DNA of 64,000 nt from Podarcis muralis (taxonomy: Eukaryota), in contig NC_135667.1 of assembly GCF_964188315.1 (NCBI RefSeq), positions 24,614,001 to 24,678,000 on the forward strand, read 5' to 3'. The translations under genes were made by a program, and so were the position numbers. This document shows, piece after piece, positions 12,686 through 25,194 of this stretch. Below the pieces are notes generated by a model. It made no database searches, had not been told where the DNA came from, and was given only the letters and a program-made list of their open reading frames with translations. Each line of letters begins with the position of its first letter. Positions within the stretch are counted from its first letter, which is position 1.

Positions 12686-12822
12686 CAGACCCTCCAAGTG
12701 TCCCTTTTTTCCAGGGATGCCCCTGATTTAGAGAAGCCGTCCCAGTTTCTGATGTGATCCTGAAATGTCTCGCTTGTCCTTATGGTGTTCTTATTTTCAT
12801 TGGAGAAATGTTGGAGGGTATG
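12686..12822. mobile_element. Short TIR MITE (superfamily uncertain)
   Basis: CAGACCCTCCAA ... TTGGAGGGTATG (11/12 inverted match). Confidence 0.6.
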
Positions 12823-12879
12823 GTAGGATCTCCCTTTTTCATTTGTGAAATGTTTGAGAGTTTGGAGTTATCCAACCCC

Positions 12880-13020
12880 TGAGCCATCTGAAGGCAATCC
12901 TGTATAGGGAAGTTGTTGTTTTTTAAAAAAATGTTAAAAGTTTTATTATGTTTTTATATATGTGGGAAGCTGTCCAAAGTGCTGGGGCCACCCAGTAGGA
13001 TATGTGGGGTATAAATATCA
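12880..13020 (+). mobile_element. Degenerate L2 LINE 3' end
   Basis: catctgaaggca..cctgt.taggga...ggaagctg.cca.agtg.ctgggg..acccag...gg.gtataaat, similar to the cleaner copy at 22578-22803. Confidence 0.6.
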
Positions 13021-13089
13021 AAATTATCATTATGGAGTGGGGTGTCCCAATTTTGATCGGAGAAATGTTGGTGAAAGTAATGTGTGAGT

Positions 13090-13400
13090 ACTATCAGCTG
13101 GGAAGTAAAAGTGAAATCAAGATATAGCACCTGTATAAGTCAGTAGGTTTCCTATAAAGTGGGGGGTTCCCATATATCTCCAGTATGTTGTTGCACTGTA
13201 TTCTCCAAAAAGTGAATGTCTTCCATGGATTGGTCTAGGCTCGGGTTGTTGGTGGGTGTAATTGCTGTTGGAATAGCCTACATAACCCAGGTGTCAAAGG
13301 TCTCATCAAAGCAGAGGAGAGACTCTGGTGGGCAGAAGCTGAGAAAGTGATGTTCTAAGCCACTCATGAGGATGCTAACCTACTGCATGAAAATGCATCA
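13090..13400 (-). mobile_element. Degenerate Penelope-like RT fragment
   Basis: Minus-strand translation across frameshifts gives PTNNPSLDQSMEDIHFLENTV and LYRKPTD, the Penelope RT C-terminal signature. Confidence 0.65.
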
Positions 13401-13719
13401 TCATCATCATCTAAGGTCCCAGGGTAGTAAACAACACTATAAAAATGCAATATTAAAATCACTTAAAACAATTTCAGTTTGGAAAAAGAGGTGTAACCCA
13501 AGATATGTGTATGTGTGTGTGTGTGAATATGTTTGTATTTGTGGTGTCAAGAAATAGGGTGAAGATATCTGCCTTCGGTATGTGGTGTAAACTCTATAAT
13601 GAAAGTGTAAAATTCACCTTTTTTGAAAATGGTTTGTACAAAAAAAATACCCTATCCAAGAAAAGTCCCATGAACTTCTAAGGAGGCTGGAGCTACCAAG
13701 AGGGACACCTCTGCCATTC

Positions 13720-13930
13720 TTGACACAAGGCAGAGTCTTGTAGAGAAGGAGGTAATATAAGATATTAGGAGGCCAATTCACTTAGCATTCTAAATAGTAA
13801 TATGAGTAGTTTAATTGTGCCCAGAAACTAATTTGTAAACCACTGAAGGTGATTTGTGAGTTCAGAATTGAACCCTAGTCAGTAATAAGACTGCTGCATT
13901 GTGAAGCAGCTGGAATTTCTGAGATATCTA
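13720..13930 (-). mobile_element. Ancient L2 RT-tail fragment in OR-3 intron
   Basis: Paralog of 19890-20100 and 36930-37130; degenerate QLxxNAAx (KLQLVQNAAAR) motif on the minus strand. Confidence 0.45.
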
Positions 13931-14245
13931 CATATTCTTCTCAAGGCTAAATAAGTTATATAGAATTTTCTCCTGTGCCTCAAAGCTTATCATCCATTCA
14001 AATGCGTATATGACATCCACTTTGTTGTACTATTCGGAAAATGTTGCAGCGGCAACAGGATTAGCATAGTCCTCCCTAGATAAAGCACAAATTTCATGGT
14101 GGATTGCAGCACTGCCCAAAACATTATTAATTGTGAATTTAAATTATCTGCATACAAACATTAAATAAAATGGAGAATCAGTTCTGATATTTGATGGGAT
14201 TTTCTCTCACTCACAGGTAGCTCAAAATTTTGTGTGACGTGCAAA

Positions 14246-15214
14246 ATGAATAATCTCACTTTCACATCTGGATTTCTACTTCTAGAATTTTCTCAGATCC
14301 GAGAACTACAGATATTACACTTCCTTGTGTTCCTAGGACTATACTTGATAACTGTAATTGGGAATCTTTTGATCATCTTTGTAATAGCCCTTGACCATCA
14401 CCTGCATGCACCAATGTACTTCTTCCTCATGAACTTGGCCATTTCTGATATTGGCTCAGTTTCTGTCATTCAACCCAAATCCATGGTTAATTCAATCATG
14501 AATAACAGGCCCATTTCTTATGGTGAATGTGTCTCTCAAGTTTTTTTCTTTTTTCTTTTTGGATGCGCTGATATTACTGTGTTAACCATAATGGCACATG
14601 ACAGGTATGTTGCCATCTGTAATCCACTGCAATATGAAGCAGTTATGAACAAAGGGGCCTGCATTCAGATGATTATCATTACATGGATCACCAGTATTCT
14701 CTATGCTGTCTTACACACTTCAGGCACATTTTCCATTACCTTCTGTTCCAATCGTGTTGATCAATTCTTCTGTGAAGTCCCAAAGCTACTAAAATTGTCC
14801 TGTTCTGACTTATACCTAGTTGAAGTTGGACTTCTTGTATTTAGCTGGATTTCTGTTTTTGGATGCTTTGTCTTCATCATTGTAACTTATGTGTGGATCT
14901 TGACTGCAGTCCTCAAAATGCCTTCTGAACAGGGACGGCATAAGGCCCTCTCCACCTGCCTGCCCCACCTCCTGGTTGTCTCTCTGCTTATGTTCACTGG
15001 ACTTTTTGCCTACATCGGACCAGCTATTAATAGCTCATCTGGGATGGATGTAGTCTTTACTGTGATATATACAATACTTCCCCCTATGCTCAACCCATTC
15101 ATCTACAGCATGAGAAACAAAGAGATCCAAACAGCATTGAGGAAGCTATTGAGCCTTAAACACTTTTGTGACACTGTTCCCAGATATATCCAGAAATCCT
15201 TGGGATTTCCTTGA
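14246..15214 (+). CDS. OR-3: olfactory receptor, OR14-like, intact
   Basis: First ATG at 14246 (the ORF track starts at an upstream GTG). MAHDRYVAICNPLQYE, KALSTCLPHL and PPMLNPFIYSMRN motifs. Acceptor ttttctctcactcacag ~14200-14216. Confidence 0.97.
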   Translation: MNNLTFTSGFLLLEFSQIRELQILHFLVFLGLYLITVIGNLLIIFVIALDHHLHAPMYFFLMNLAISDIGSVSVIQPKSMVNSIMNNRPISYGECVSQVFFFFLFGCADITVLTIMAHDRYVAICNPLQYEAVMNKGACIQMIIITWITSILYAVLHTSGTFSITFCSNRVDQFFCEVPKLLKLSCSDLYLVEVGLLVFSWISVFGCFVFIIVTYVWILTAVLKMPSEQGRHKALSTCLPHLLVVSLLMFTGLFAYIGPAINSSSGMDVVFTVIYTILPPMLNPFIYSMRNKEIQTALRKLLSLKHFCDTVPRYIQKSLGFP

Positions 15215-15473
15215 ATATTCCTGCCCAGGAGCTGAAAGTGTTGAGATCTGCTAAGGAAGTCCCATCTTTGGAGACAGATAAAGGACAGGAGTGGTCCTTC
15301 CCTGCGATGGCGCCCTGGCTTTGGACTTCTCTCCCCTTTGAAATTCCGTAGGATAGCAGCAGAAGTGAGGATGCTGCTGCTACCTAGAAATTCATGATTG
15401 TAGACTTGGTGGGTAGGGCTTGGTGTCTCTTTTGTATTTATGGATTTGTGGTCTCCTAGTTGTTTTCATACTA

Positions 15474-15715
15474 GAGACTAGGGCCCTGCAGGACCTGACA
15501 TCTTTCCACAGGGCCTGCAAGACAGAGCTGTTCCACCTGGCCTTTGATCAGGGCACAGCCTGACCCCCTCCTCTGGCAATCTGCACAGAATGTTGCTTAA
15601 TGGTTGCCATTAATTTGATTTTAATTAATTTTATAATGAAATGTTGGATTATTTTGATTGTTGTTAGCCGCCCTGAGCCCAGCTTCGGCTGGGGAGGGCG
15701 GGATATAAATAAAAA

Positions 15716-15762
<47 letters not shown>
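15474..15762 (+). mobile_element. L2 LINE 3' end with (TTA)n tail
   Basis: Encodes ETRALQDLTSFHRACKTELFHLAF (L2 ORF2 C-terminus); ends gttagccgccctgagccc...gggcgggatataaat + (TTA)n. Confidence 0.8.
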
Positions 15763-15764
<2 letters not shown>

Positions 15765-16214
15765 GCTACTACATATTATCTCTTTTCGTTTATATTGATC
15801 TTTTAAGAATATATCTTATCTATTTGCTTTGTTTCGCTTTGTTTCTATGCTGAGGTGATTTCTTTATTATTGATGATGTATGTTGATGGTGGTATATTTT
15901 AGGCTCATTGATGTACAGTCTGAGATCTCTGCGTTAAGCATAGATGTAAATATTTTGCCTCCTATGTTTAACTATGTTTGCTTGCACCATTTTAGCTTTT
16001 CAGCACATGTATGTGCAATCTCCCTGCATTCCATGCATGCTTTTCTGGAGTCTTTAAGAAAGAAGGATTGTAGGATTAACTTCCTGTTTTTCTATTAATG
16101 TGTGATGTTGATGCCTGGTATTAATGGTGTATTTTCCTCAAAAGTCTTATGGGGGAACAGTTGAGCTAATGCCATTACTTTTCAAAACTGCAAGTCAATC
16201 GACCATACCAGCTA

Positions 16215-16576
16215 TATTGTACCAATATTTCTGTGAAATCCAAAACTACTAAAATTGTCTTGCTCTGCCTTGTTCCTATTTGAAGTTGGATTTCTTTTAT
16301 TTAGCGCTATCATAACATTAGGGTGATTTATCTTCAGTTTTATAACTTCAGCGTGGATCTTAACTGCTGTCTTCAAAATCCATTCAACAGTGGAATAATA
16401 TTAATATTAATATTAATATTAATATTAATATTAATAATGTCACAAGGCCCTCTCCATTTTCCTGCTCCTCTGCCTTGTTTTCTCTGTGCTCCTGTTCACT
16501 GGACTCTTTACTCATGCAGGACCTCCTGGCAATAGCTCATCTGATCTGGATCTTGTCTTTGCTGTGATTTATGCTA
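16215..16576 (+). pseudogene. Degenerate OR fragment (ECL2 to TM7) interrupted by (TAATAT)n
   Basis: ttctgtgaaatccaaaactactaaaattgtcttgctct..., cacaaggccctctcc and gatctggatcttgtctttgctgtgat align to OR-3/4/5, with stops and frameshifts. Confidence 0.85.
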
Positions 16577-16644
16577 ACTAGAAATAAATAAATGCACAGG
16601 ATGGTTATTAGAAGTAAGAAGCTGCACAGCTATCCAAGTCAAAT

Positions 16645-16675
<31 letters not shown>

Positions 16676-17647
16676 AGATGGACATACTGATACAGACTAA
16701 TATTGTTGTAGGATTAAAGGATTTGCTTTGAATATTTGGGTCCTCTTTAAGCCCATTATGTTGTATTTCCATGAATGGACTCCGTGGGAGAAGGCACTGC
16801 AGTCCATTGAGTTGCCATAAAGAGACAGTGATTCATGCTTGCAGAAGGAGGCAGGAGGCTCTCCCTCTTCAGCTGAATGCCACATCATCCTAGTGGTAGG
16901 AAAACTACAGGCCAGAATAGGCTCTGGCCCAACATTTTTATGACTGGCAGGCACCTTCCTGAAAGGTAATGGTAAGGGTCACGCCAAATCACCTCCAGGA
17001 GGCTCTGCCTGCAGCCATGGGAAGCAGTGGTGAAGGAAGTTGCAAAGGTACAAGGGGGGAGGGAGGAAATAGGTGAGTGACAAGGGGCAGTGGCAGGGTA
17101 GTGGTGGTTGTGGGGGCATGATACATACCGGCTCTTATTTTTCTTTAAGACCAAACCAAAAAAAACACTTAATACAACAATGCTATATCTTTTTCTCATG
17201 TTATATTGCAATATTTTAATTAGTAAACAAAATGCAAAAAGCTAAGGTGGTTCAATGATTTTTCTCTGCAAGGGAAAACCAGTGCTCTGTTACAAAAGCC
17301 ACCTTGTAGTTATTTTTGTCATGTTCCTGAAAAGGAATAACAGTCAGCACTCAAGGAACTACCATCAAAAGAGTGTCACCTTGTGCTTATTGCAATCTTT
17401 CAAGTGCTTGAAAAATAATAATAATAAAAGATTCACCACCCTTTTCTATTTTGCGTTTCTTTTAAATTTTGAATTGGAAGATTAGATGGAATCTGAAGAT
17501 TCATGCTGTTCTCCCACAAAGCACTATAGAAAATGCAATGCCTAACTTTCTTTTTGAGAGCCAGTATAGATAGGAATGGCTTCAGATTTATGATTATGCC
17601 ACAGTGACAACACAGCTGATTTTGTATCTCTAAGACTGGAGTTTGTA

Positions 17648-18036
17648 TTGGGAAGCTTTTTGTTTGGTTGAGGGGAGGTTGTGGCCTCACCTGCCCCTCC
17701 TCAATAAGGGTATCCTGTTAGAGGGATCCGGGGTGTGATTTTTTTCTGGAGCCTTCGCATGGGCTAAGGCCATGTCACAGTTCCCTACGGGAACCCCTGG
17801 TGGTGTTACTATCTGACTTAAGTTATAGGGCATTCCCTAATGGTGGTTTACCCTTCCGTGGACTCCCTGCAGACAGGCAGGAGTCAAGATATAGTCTGGC
17901 TTCACCCAAAGCCTAAGCCAAACCACTCACATCTGTAACCAATAAAGCATGTGTGAATCCATGAACCATCATATTCTGCGTCAGTGTGATTTATTGTTCT
18001 CCTGGGAACTTTGTGGCTCAGCTGCCTTGGGATGCA
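17648..18036 (+). mobile_element. Insertion related to the Ngaro B repeat
   Basis: Absent from paralogous sites (~34290, ~42900). Contains gcctaagccaaacc..tcac..ctgtaaccaataaag, matching the B repeat of the 30705-33956 element. Confidence 0.55.
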
Positions 18037-18767
18037 AGGAACTGCTGAAGTGGTCAAAGCAGTCTCTTTGGTAATGGCCCTAGTCAGCTTGCTAAGTATA
18101 CATTTAAAATGTCTTAAGTATCAAAAAGGAGAATTATTTTAGGGGTTTTTTTGGAATATCCCATACTTGTTTTTATAATATTCAGTACTTCTGTCCAGAA
18201 ATTCTTAATTTTCAGTATTATTAAGGGTCCCTGAATGGATTCCCAGCAAAGTACTTTCACAGTGAAAATGACACAAAGCAAACATAAAACAGCAGTAAAT
18301 TCATTCATTCATTTTATATGAATGATAAAATTTACATAAGTGTCATAAAATAAATAAAAAAGAGAACTGTCATTGTGAAGTTCTGTGTTTCAGGTTGTGT
18401 CACCACCAAACCCCTTTGCTGAAGCTTGGTCTTTATGCTGACTCAGCTCCTCAACAGTTCTGTCAGACAGATTAACATTTGGGAATCAAATTATAAAACC
18501 CTATGTAACATAGAAACAACCAACTGCATCTGCAAAATGCTTTGTTGAGCCAGCCTCTCAACAATGTTCTATTTTCCCTGGAGGGAACAGCTGTAAAAGG
18601 CAATAAGGAACAACTCTTTGCAGGTATAGTACTTGTACTGGAACATCAAGGGGGGGGAATAGAATTAGACATAGACATTCCTATTGCCTTATTGGTGCCA
18701 ATCATCTATTTAGGATAGTGTGGGAACAAACAAAGAGAAGGTAAAGGGGGGGGGGAATCAACACCAC

Positions 18768-18840
18768 TTTCCTGATCAGGTGCACTGGGCTCCTGAGAGC
18801 ATGTCTCAAAGAAGTCAGAGAAAACAGAACTATAAATTCC
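18768..18840 (+). promoter_or_regulatory. Putative core promoter of OR-4
   Basis: tttcctgatcaggtgcactgggctcctgagagcatgtctcaaaga...tataaattcc; donor-like AAAGTGAGT at ~19111-19119. Confidence 0.55.
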
Positions 18841-19889
18841 CACAGCAGAAAAACCTCAGTGTTAGCAGATACATACAGAGGATCAATTTTAAAAGGAAGA
18901 ATTAAGGAAGTTCAAAGGACTGGGTGAACTACGTCCCTTGTCTGCCCATTGAAACATTGTTGAGACAAGATAAAGTTCAATCTACACATACATGCAACAT
19001 AATACTTCAAAGTCTTCTTCCTGAGCAACTGGAATATCTCTTTTGAAAACTGCTGCATTTGAGTTGATAGGAGACTTCTGCATGGAACCAGTGATGATAA
19101 CTTTAAGAATGAAAGTGAGTACATCCATTTTCAATCATTTAATGATAAAACTCTATGCTCAAAGTATGTCTCATTAAATTTAGTGGGACTTACTCTCAGC
19201 TAAGTGTTCACAGTATTGCAGCCTACATTACTAAAATGTATATATGATCTGTTATGGCAAAAACAAAAGTTTTCTTGAGGACTAACAAATTTATTGTGCA
19301 GGGAATTTTCATATATAATACATATTGATCTCTCAAGAAGTCAAAGGCCAAAAAGAAGAATTAAAACAACAACCCTATACAAACTTACCATAACTTTTTG
19401 ACTTCATGGTTAGTGCACAAACAACCGGACAAAATCGAAGATGCCATTGTAGGTTTGTCGTCACATTCCTGAACAGTATCAATAGTCTGTTGGTGCCTGA
19501 AAAACGTACACATTTATTATGGCTTTTTGGGAACAAAGGTCCACGAAGCATTATCTTGAGTATACATGTGGCTGTGGTTAGCTTTTGTGGCAGGGGATGG
19601 AGAGTGTAAACAGTGAATCGCTAAAAGTACAGAGACAGTGAAAAATAGACAATTAACTAAGTAGCTGGATTGGTAAACCATTTAATACATGTTTAGTTAT
19701 TAAATAAATATATTGGAACAGTTCAATTTAGATGTTATAACACTATACCTCTTGCAATTTAGTAGTTTCATGGTGCAATCTCCTTTTGCAGTTTCTTTTT
19801 TTCAAGTGCAACCATATTAAGCTCAAAAAATACTCTCTCCAAGTTCGGTCGAATGAATTTCTATGGGTGCTGGAACTACTAAGAGGGAA

Positions 19890-20100
19890 TCTTTTCCAAT
19901 CTTAACACAAGACAGAGTCTGTCGGGAAAGAGGCAATCTCAGATAATAGGAGACCAATTCACTTAGCATTCTAATATGTAATATGAGTAGTATAAGTGTG
20001 CCCAGAAACCACTGCAGGTGTTTTGTGAGTTCAAAATTGAACCCTGGTCAATAATTACCTGACCCTGCATTTTGAACCAGCTGAAATTTCTGAGATATCT
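19890..20100 (-). mobile_element. Ancient L2 RT-tail fragment in OR-4 intron
   Basis: Minus strand tttcagctggttcaaaatgcagggtcagg (FQLVQNAG) and ggtctcctattatctgagattgcctc. Confidence 0.5.
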
Positions 20101-20415
20101 ACCTATTTTTCTGAAGGATAAAGTAATTGTGCAGATTTCCTCCTGTACCCCAAAGATTATCATCTACTCAAGATGCATTTATGACATCCACTTTGTTGTA
20201 CTATGAGGAAAATATTGAAGGGGCAATAGGAATATCACAGTCCTCCCTACGCGAACACACATTTCATGGTGGATACAGCACTGCCCATAATATTAATATA
20301 TATGAATTTACATTGTCTGCATAAAGGCATTAAATGAAATGCAGAATCAGTTCTGATATTTCGGTGGGATTTTCTCTCCTTCACAGATAGCAGGCATTCT
20401 TTTGTGACATACAAA

Positions 20416-21405
20416 ATGCATAATGTGACTTCCACATCTGGATTTCTACTTCTAGAATTTTCACAGATCCGAGAACTACAGATACTACACTTCCTTGTGT
20501 TCCTAGGACTATACTTGATAACAGTAATTGGGAATCTTTTGATCATCTTTGTAATAGCCCTTGACCATCACCTGCATACACCAATGTACTTCTTCCTCAT
20601 GAACTTGGCCATTTCTGATATTGGCTCAGTTTCTGCCATTCAGCCCAAATCCATGGTTAATTCAATCATGAACAACAGGCAAATTTCTTATGGTGAATGT
20701 GTGTCTCAAGTTTTTTTCCTTCTCCTCTTTGGGTGCTCTGATTTTACCCTGTTAACCATAATGGCACATGACAGGTATGTTGCCATCTGTAATCCATTGC
20801 AATATGAAGTTGTTATGAACAAAGGAGCCTGCATTCAGATGATTACCATTGCATGGATCACCAGTATTCTCTATGCTGTCTTACACACTGCAGGCACATT
20901 TTCCATTACCTTCTGTTCCAATCGTGTTGATCAATTCTTCTGTGAAGTCCCAAAGCTACTAAAATTGTCCTGTTCTGACTTATACCTAGTTGAAGTTGGA
21001 CTTCTTGCTTTTAGCTGTATTTCTGTTTTTGGATGCTTTGTCTTCATTATTGTAACTTATGTGTATATCATGACTGCAGTCCTCAAAATGCCTTATGAAC
21101 AGGGACGGCATAAGGCCCTCTCCACCTGCCTGCCCCATCTCATGGTTGTCTCTCTGCTTATGTCCACTGGACTCTTTGCCTACATCAGACCACCTAGCAA
21201 CAGCTCATCTGGCCTGGATCTAGTCTTTGCTGTGATATATACTATTTATCCACCTATGCTGAACCCATTCATCTATAGCATGAGAAACAAAGAGATCCAG
21301 ACTGCATTGTGGAAACAATTGAATCTTAAGCAATTTCCTGACACTATTCCCAGGTTTATTCTGAAATGTTTGGGATTTCCTTTTATAGCCCTTCCTAGGA
21401 GTTGA
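20416..21405 (+). CDS. OR-4: olfactory receptor, OR14-like, intact, with 7-aa C-terminal extension
   Basis: First ATG at 20416; all OR motifs present; acceptor ttttctctccttcacag upstream. Confidence 0.97.
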   Translation: MHNVTSTSGFLLLEFSQIRELQILHFLVFLGLYLITVIGNLLIIFVIALDHHLHTPMYFFLMNLAISDIGSVSAIQPKSMVNSIMNNRQISYGECVSQVFFLLLFGCSDFTLLTIMAHDRYVAICNPLQYEVVMNKGACIQMITIAWITSILYAVLHTAGTFSITFCSNRVDQFFCEVPKLLKLSCSDLYLVEVGLLAFSCISVFGCFVFIIVTYVYIMTAVLKMPYEQGRHKALSTCLPHLMVVSLLMSTGLFAYIRPPSNSSSGLDLVFAVIYTIYPPMLNPFIYSMRNKEIQTALWKQLNLKQFPDTIPRFILKCLGFPFIALPRS

Positions 21406-22576
21406 GATCTACTGGGGTTGCCCTTCTTAGGGAGCAATCCAATATTCAAAAACAGGCATGAAAAGTATGCAGCAGATTCATCTGGTAGACACATTTGTTG
21501 TTGCTCTGTACCCCATAGATATTATTTCGTTGAGTTTTGAAAAATTAAACCATTATTACTGTTCATAGTAGTGTCACCCAGATACACTGTGAACAGGGTA
21601 ATTATTCTATTGCAGCAATCCCTACCCTGGACCTTTCCATATTTTGTTGGTATCCAACTACTATCAGCTAGGACCACTTTATCATCCTGTTTTGGGTTGA
21701 AGGGAGATGGAGTCCAACAAAATAGTAAAGGCCATTGGTCCTCACTCACTAGACTACTGGAGTGCTACTTAAATGGCTTGGTTTTGTATTGTCATCTAAA
21801 AACAATGAATAGTATTAAAGTAACAGCATTTATTTTTCCCGTGTTGTTTTTTGTGTTGTTATTGGGTAAGGGTAAACGAAATGGAAAGGTATCAACTCTT
21901 TTGCTATATGGAGAGGAGTTATAGCTCAATACATCTGGAAGGTTGATCTTTAGTGATTCTTCCTCAATTCCAAGTTCACCCCTTCTTCCTAAATGAGTGA
22001 TCAAGGTTGACCTTTGTGACTCTAGATTCACCCCTGACAACATTCCAATGTGATGTAGGCTACTGTGTCAATTTCACTAGCAAAGTCCCATGGCAGTTTA
22101 GCCAACCTCTGTGCTCAGGGTTTTCCTTTGGAGTTCACTGAGGAAACTACATGAAGCCCAGGATGTTCATCTCTTATGAGAGAAAGAGATTGCTGATTTT
22201 AGGTTGATTTAGGCCTGAAGAATGTAGTAGATGCTACCTGCCTATATTAAGTTTAGAAAGTAGGAGCTACATTTTATTTTACTTTTAAGTTCTGTTTATT
22301 TTGCAGATATAGGAAGGGTATCTTCAGGCATCATTTATGTAAACAAGCAAAATGGTGTTCTCAATTATATATGCAATATCATTTTCAACAGGTAGCAATG
22401 TGCTCTGTTCTGCGGGTCCAAATATAGACTAGGGCGATGGATTGACTGAGCCCTTAAAAGTCCCAGTTGCAGAGATTCCAAAGGAAGATTCACAAAACAC
22501 CTGAGTGATCAGTTCCACTGCTTTATCATAAAGTTATATGAAGAGACTTACATACAGCAATGCAATGTAGGATTCC

Positions 22577-22577
<1 letters not shown>

Positions 22578-22620
<43 letters not shown>

Positions 22621-22803
22621 TTATTATTTATACCCCGCCCATCTGGCTGGGTTTCCCCAGCCACTCTGGGCGGCTTCCAAAAGAATATTAAAATACTGCG
22701 ATACATCAAACATTAAAAGCTTCCCTAAACAGGGCTGCCTTCAGATGTCTTCTAAAAGTCTTGTAGTTGTTGTTCTCTTTGACATCTGGTGGGAGGGCGT
22801 TCC
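22578..22803 (-). mobile_element. L2 LINE 3' end with (TTA)n tail
   Basis: Minus strand encodes NALPPDVKENNNYKTFRRHLKAALFREAFN; ends gatgggcggggtataaat + microsatellite. Confidence 0.85.
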
Positions 22804-23260
22804 CCTACACTTCAGATCGGACACTGAAGCAGCAAGCACCAGGGCTTTGTCTATGAGGGGCCAATTGGATATGGGCTGCTCTTTCTCCAAGAACAAAATG
22901 GGTTCTCTGAAGTAGCAACATACCAACAGTATAGAAGAAAGGTTGAATTTATTGAGCAGAATAGGCCTTTATACACACATTTTAAAAGTGCAGAAACTCA
23001 CCCAGGATCAAATAAAGAGGCAGACAATAAATTCTTAACAAAGAAGACTAAACAGCCAACAACACACACACACAAACCATCCCAAACAAAACATTAACCC
23101 AACAGCCAACATCCAATAGCAGACAACCAACTGAACCCCTCCAGCCAGCTGCAGGGAGTCCCAGGGGTATCAGGGGCTATGCAGAACCAGCAATAGCATT
23201 GGCTTTAATCACGTCTCCCTCTTGTCTGGCTCAAACCCTGCAGTTTTTATCAGCTCCAGG

Positions 23261-23646
23261 CAGTGTCGTAGCTAGCCGCTCATGTGCTGGGGGCGGCACG
23301 TACATCCTGCAACCAGGAGTGGGACGAGGCGCCCATGGGGGTGGGGCGCACTGCATGAAGCCTCTCCACCATCACCCCCTCAGCCATAGGGCAGCTGAGG
23401 GAGAGGTGGAGGGCAGACACATGTCCCATGCTGCCATTTTAGGCTGCGCGGAGCCTGCAGGCCACCACGTCAGTCACTGGTGTGGCGACTAGTGCCAGCC
23501 ACATTTCGTTACATTTGTTTACTGATCTAAAAAATTTCGTGAGCCCATTTTTTTAAAAAACACACTCATATGTGTGACAATTTGTCACCCCCCTCCCCTC
23601 AGTGATGACACCCGCGGCAGTCTGCACCCCCCTTCCTCCACCACTG
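23261..23646. mobile_element. hAT-type MITE
   Basis: CAGTG...CACTG ends; perfect 8-bp TSD GCTCCAGG at 23253-23260 and 23647-23654. Confidence 0.85.
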
Positions 23647-23910
23647 GCTCCAGGCAGATGAGGCTTAATGACTCAACTGCCGCCACCTGGAGTGGTTGAT
23701 ACTATTTTCACCTGGCCTGTGAGTTCATGATCCAGGCCAGTGAACCAGCTAAACCTCAACTGCCCCCCCCCCCCCCCCGGAACAGGAGTGCTCCTGAAAG
23801 CATGTAAGTTGGTACTGAATCAAGGATTACTAGCACAAGGCCACCTATGCCTCCTCGATTGCGATTCTCCTGCATTTCCACTACAAATACTTATCCAAAA
23901 ATCAAGCAAT

Positions 23911-23998
23911 GCAAGCTTGCAAAAAGAGTCCAATTAAACACCCTTTGCTTAAAGGCAAGCTTGCAAAAAGAGTCCAATTAAACACCCTTTGCTTAAAG
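23911..23998. repeat. Perfect 44-bp tandem duplication
   Basis: gcaagcttgcaaaaagagtccaattaaacaccctttgcttaaag x2. Confidence 0.95.
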
Positions 23999-24398
23999 GT
24001 CTGTTCCCCACTGCTATTCATCTCTTATATAAGGGAGTCAGTGCCAGGCAATCAGCGTGAGAAGTCTCAACTCTCCCAACCAAAATTAAGACTTCAAAAC
24101 AACCATATAAGAATATATGATCTCATTCTACAACTTGCATCAGTTAGTCACAGGGTTATCTCGACTACCAAGATGTTGTTTACAGGCATTCCAGGACAAC
24201 ACATCATTTGGTTCTACAGTCAATGGGCCTCTGAGAAATCCTTAGTTTTGTTAGGATAACTTAACTTTAATATGTCCTTCTTAATACAGAAAAGCTCCAT
24301 GCTGATATAGCACCTGTTCCCATGCTTGAACTCCAAGTCTAAACCTGGACATCAGTAAGGAAATTAAAAATGATTGACATTTATTTGGCTCAGCAAGC

Positions 24399-24471
24399 TT
24401 TTCAGATCAGCTGTGCAAGGCTCCTGAGAACATGTCTCCAAGAAAGCAAAGCAAACAAAAATATAAATTCC
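24399..24471 (+). promoter_or_regulatory. Putative core promoter of OR-5
   Basis: ttttcagatcagctgtgcaaggctcctgagaacatgtctccaagaaa...tataaattcc; donor-like ATAGTAAGT at ~24634-24642. Confidence 0.55.
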
Positions 24472-25194
24472 ATCCCACAACAGAAAAAAACACAGAAAAT
24501 TGGCAGACACACAGAATACCAAGTTTCAAAGGAGCAATGAAAATGCTTCAGTGAACAGACAAATGCAAATATTTATTTTATGCAAAAGCAGTTGGGAGAG
24601 AAAATTAATCTTCTGTTCATGATACTTTGAGGAATAGTAAGTAAAAGTTTTCTCATCCCCCTTTCTTCTCATCATTCTTATTCCTATTATCTCATTTGTT
24701 TGCCCACTCATCCATCTTTATTTCAAAAAAACAATTTCCCCTCCTAGCATTCTCTCACACCCATATCTAAATATTTTTTATTGCATTTTTTAAGTCTCAC
24801 ACCCATATCTAAATATGGTAGTGGCTTATATTTGTGGTTAATGCACAATCAAACATATAGTAGTATCTAAGAGACACAATAAGCAGATTTTAATTTCACA
24901 TTTTCAAGCAAAATCATCATTTTTGTAGCACCTGAAAGACTAACACATTTATTACAGCATATTCTTTTTGGGGGGGAAGGATTGCAAACAGTGAGGTCAG
25001 TGGAATATGAAATGCAGTAAGTACAAATAATGAAATTTATATTATCATGGTGGCAATTCACAGAACAGTTGCTGATAAACAAACCTCCTGAATTGTTAAG
25101 CAGTTTAAGGCATGCAGGATGTTCAAAGTCCACTGTTCTAATTCAGTCAACAAACCTCTTGCTGGATTATGTAGCCTAGTGTTTTCCTCTTATA

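Noticed and set aside
14590-14640. MAHDRY instead of MAYDRY in OR-3/4/5/6/7
   Set aside because: It is shared by five intact paralogs and is a tolerated variant in OR14-like sauropsid receptors, so it is not evidence of pseudogenisation or novelty.
22870-24300. Possible LTR-like sequence around the hAT MITE
   Set aside because: It has TATA-like and poly(A)-like motifs, but no definable TG...CA ends, TSD or coding remnant.
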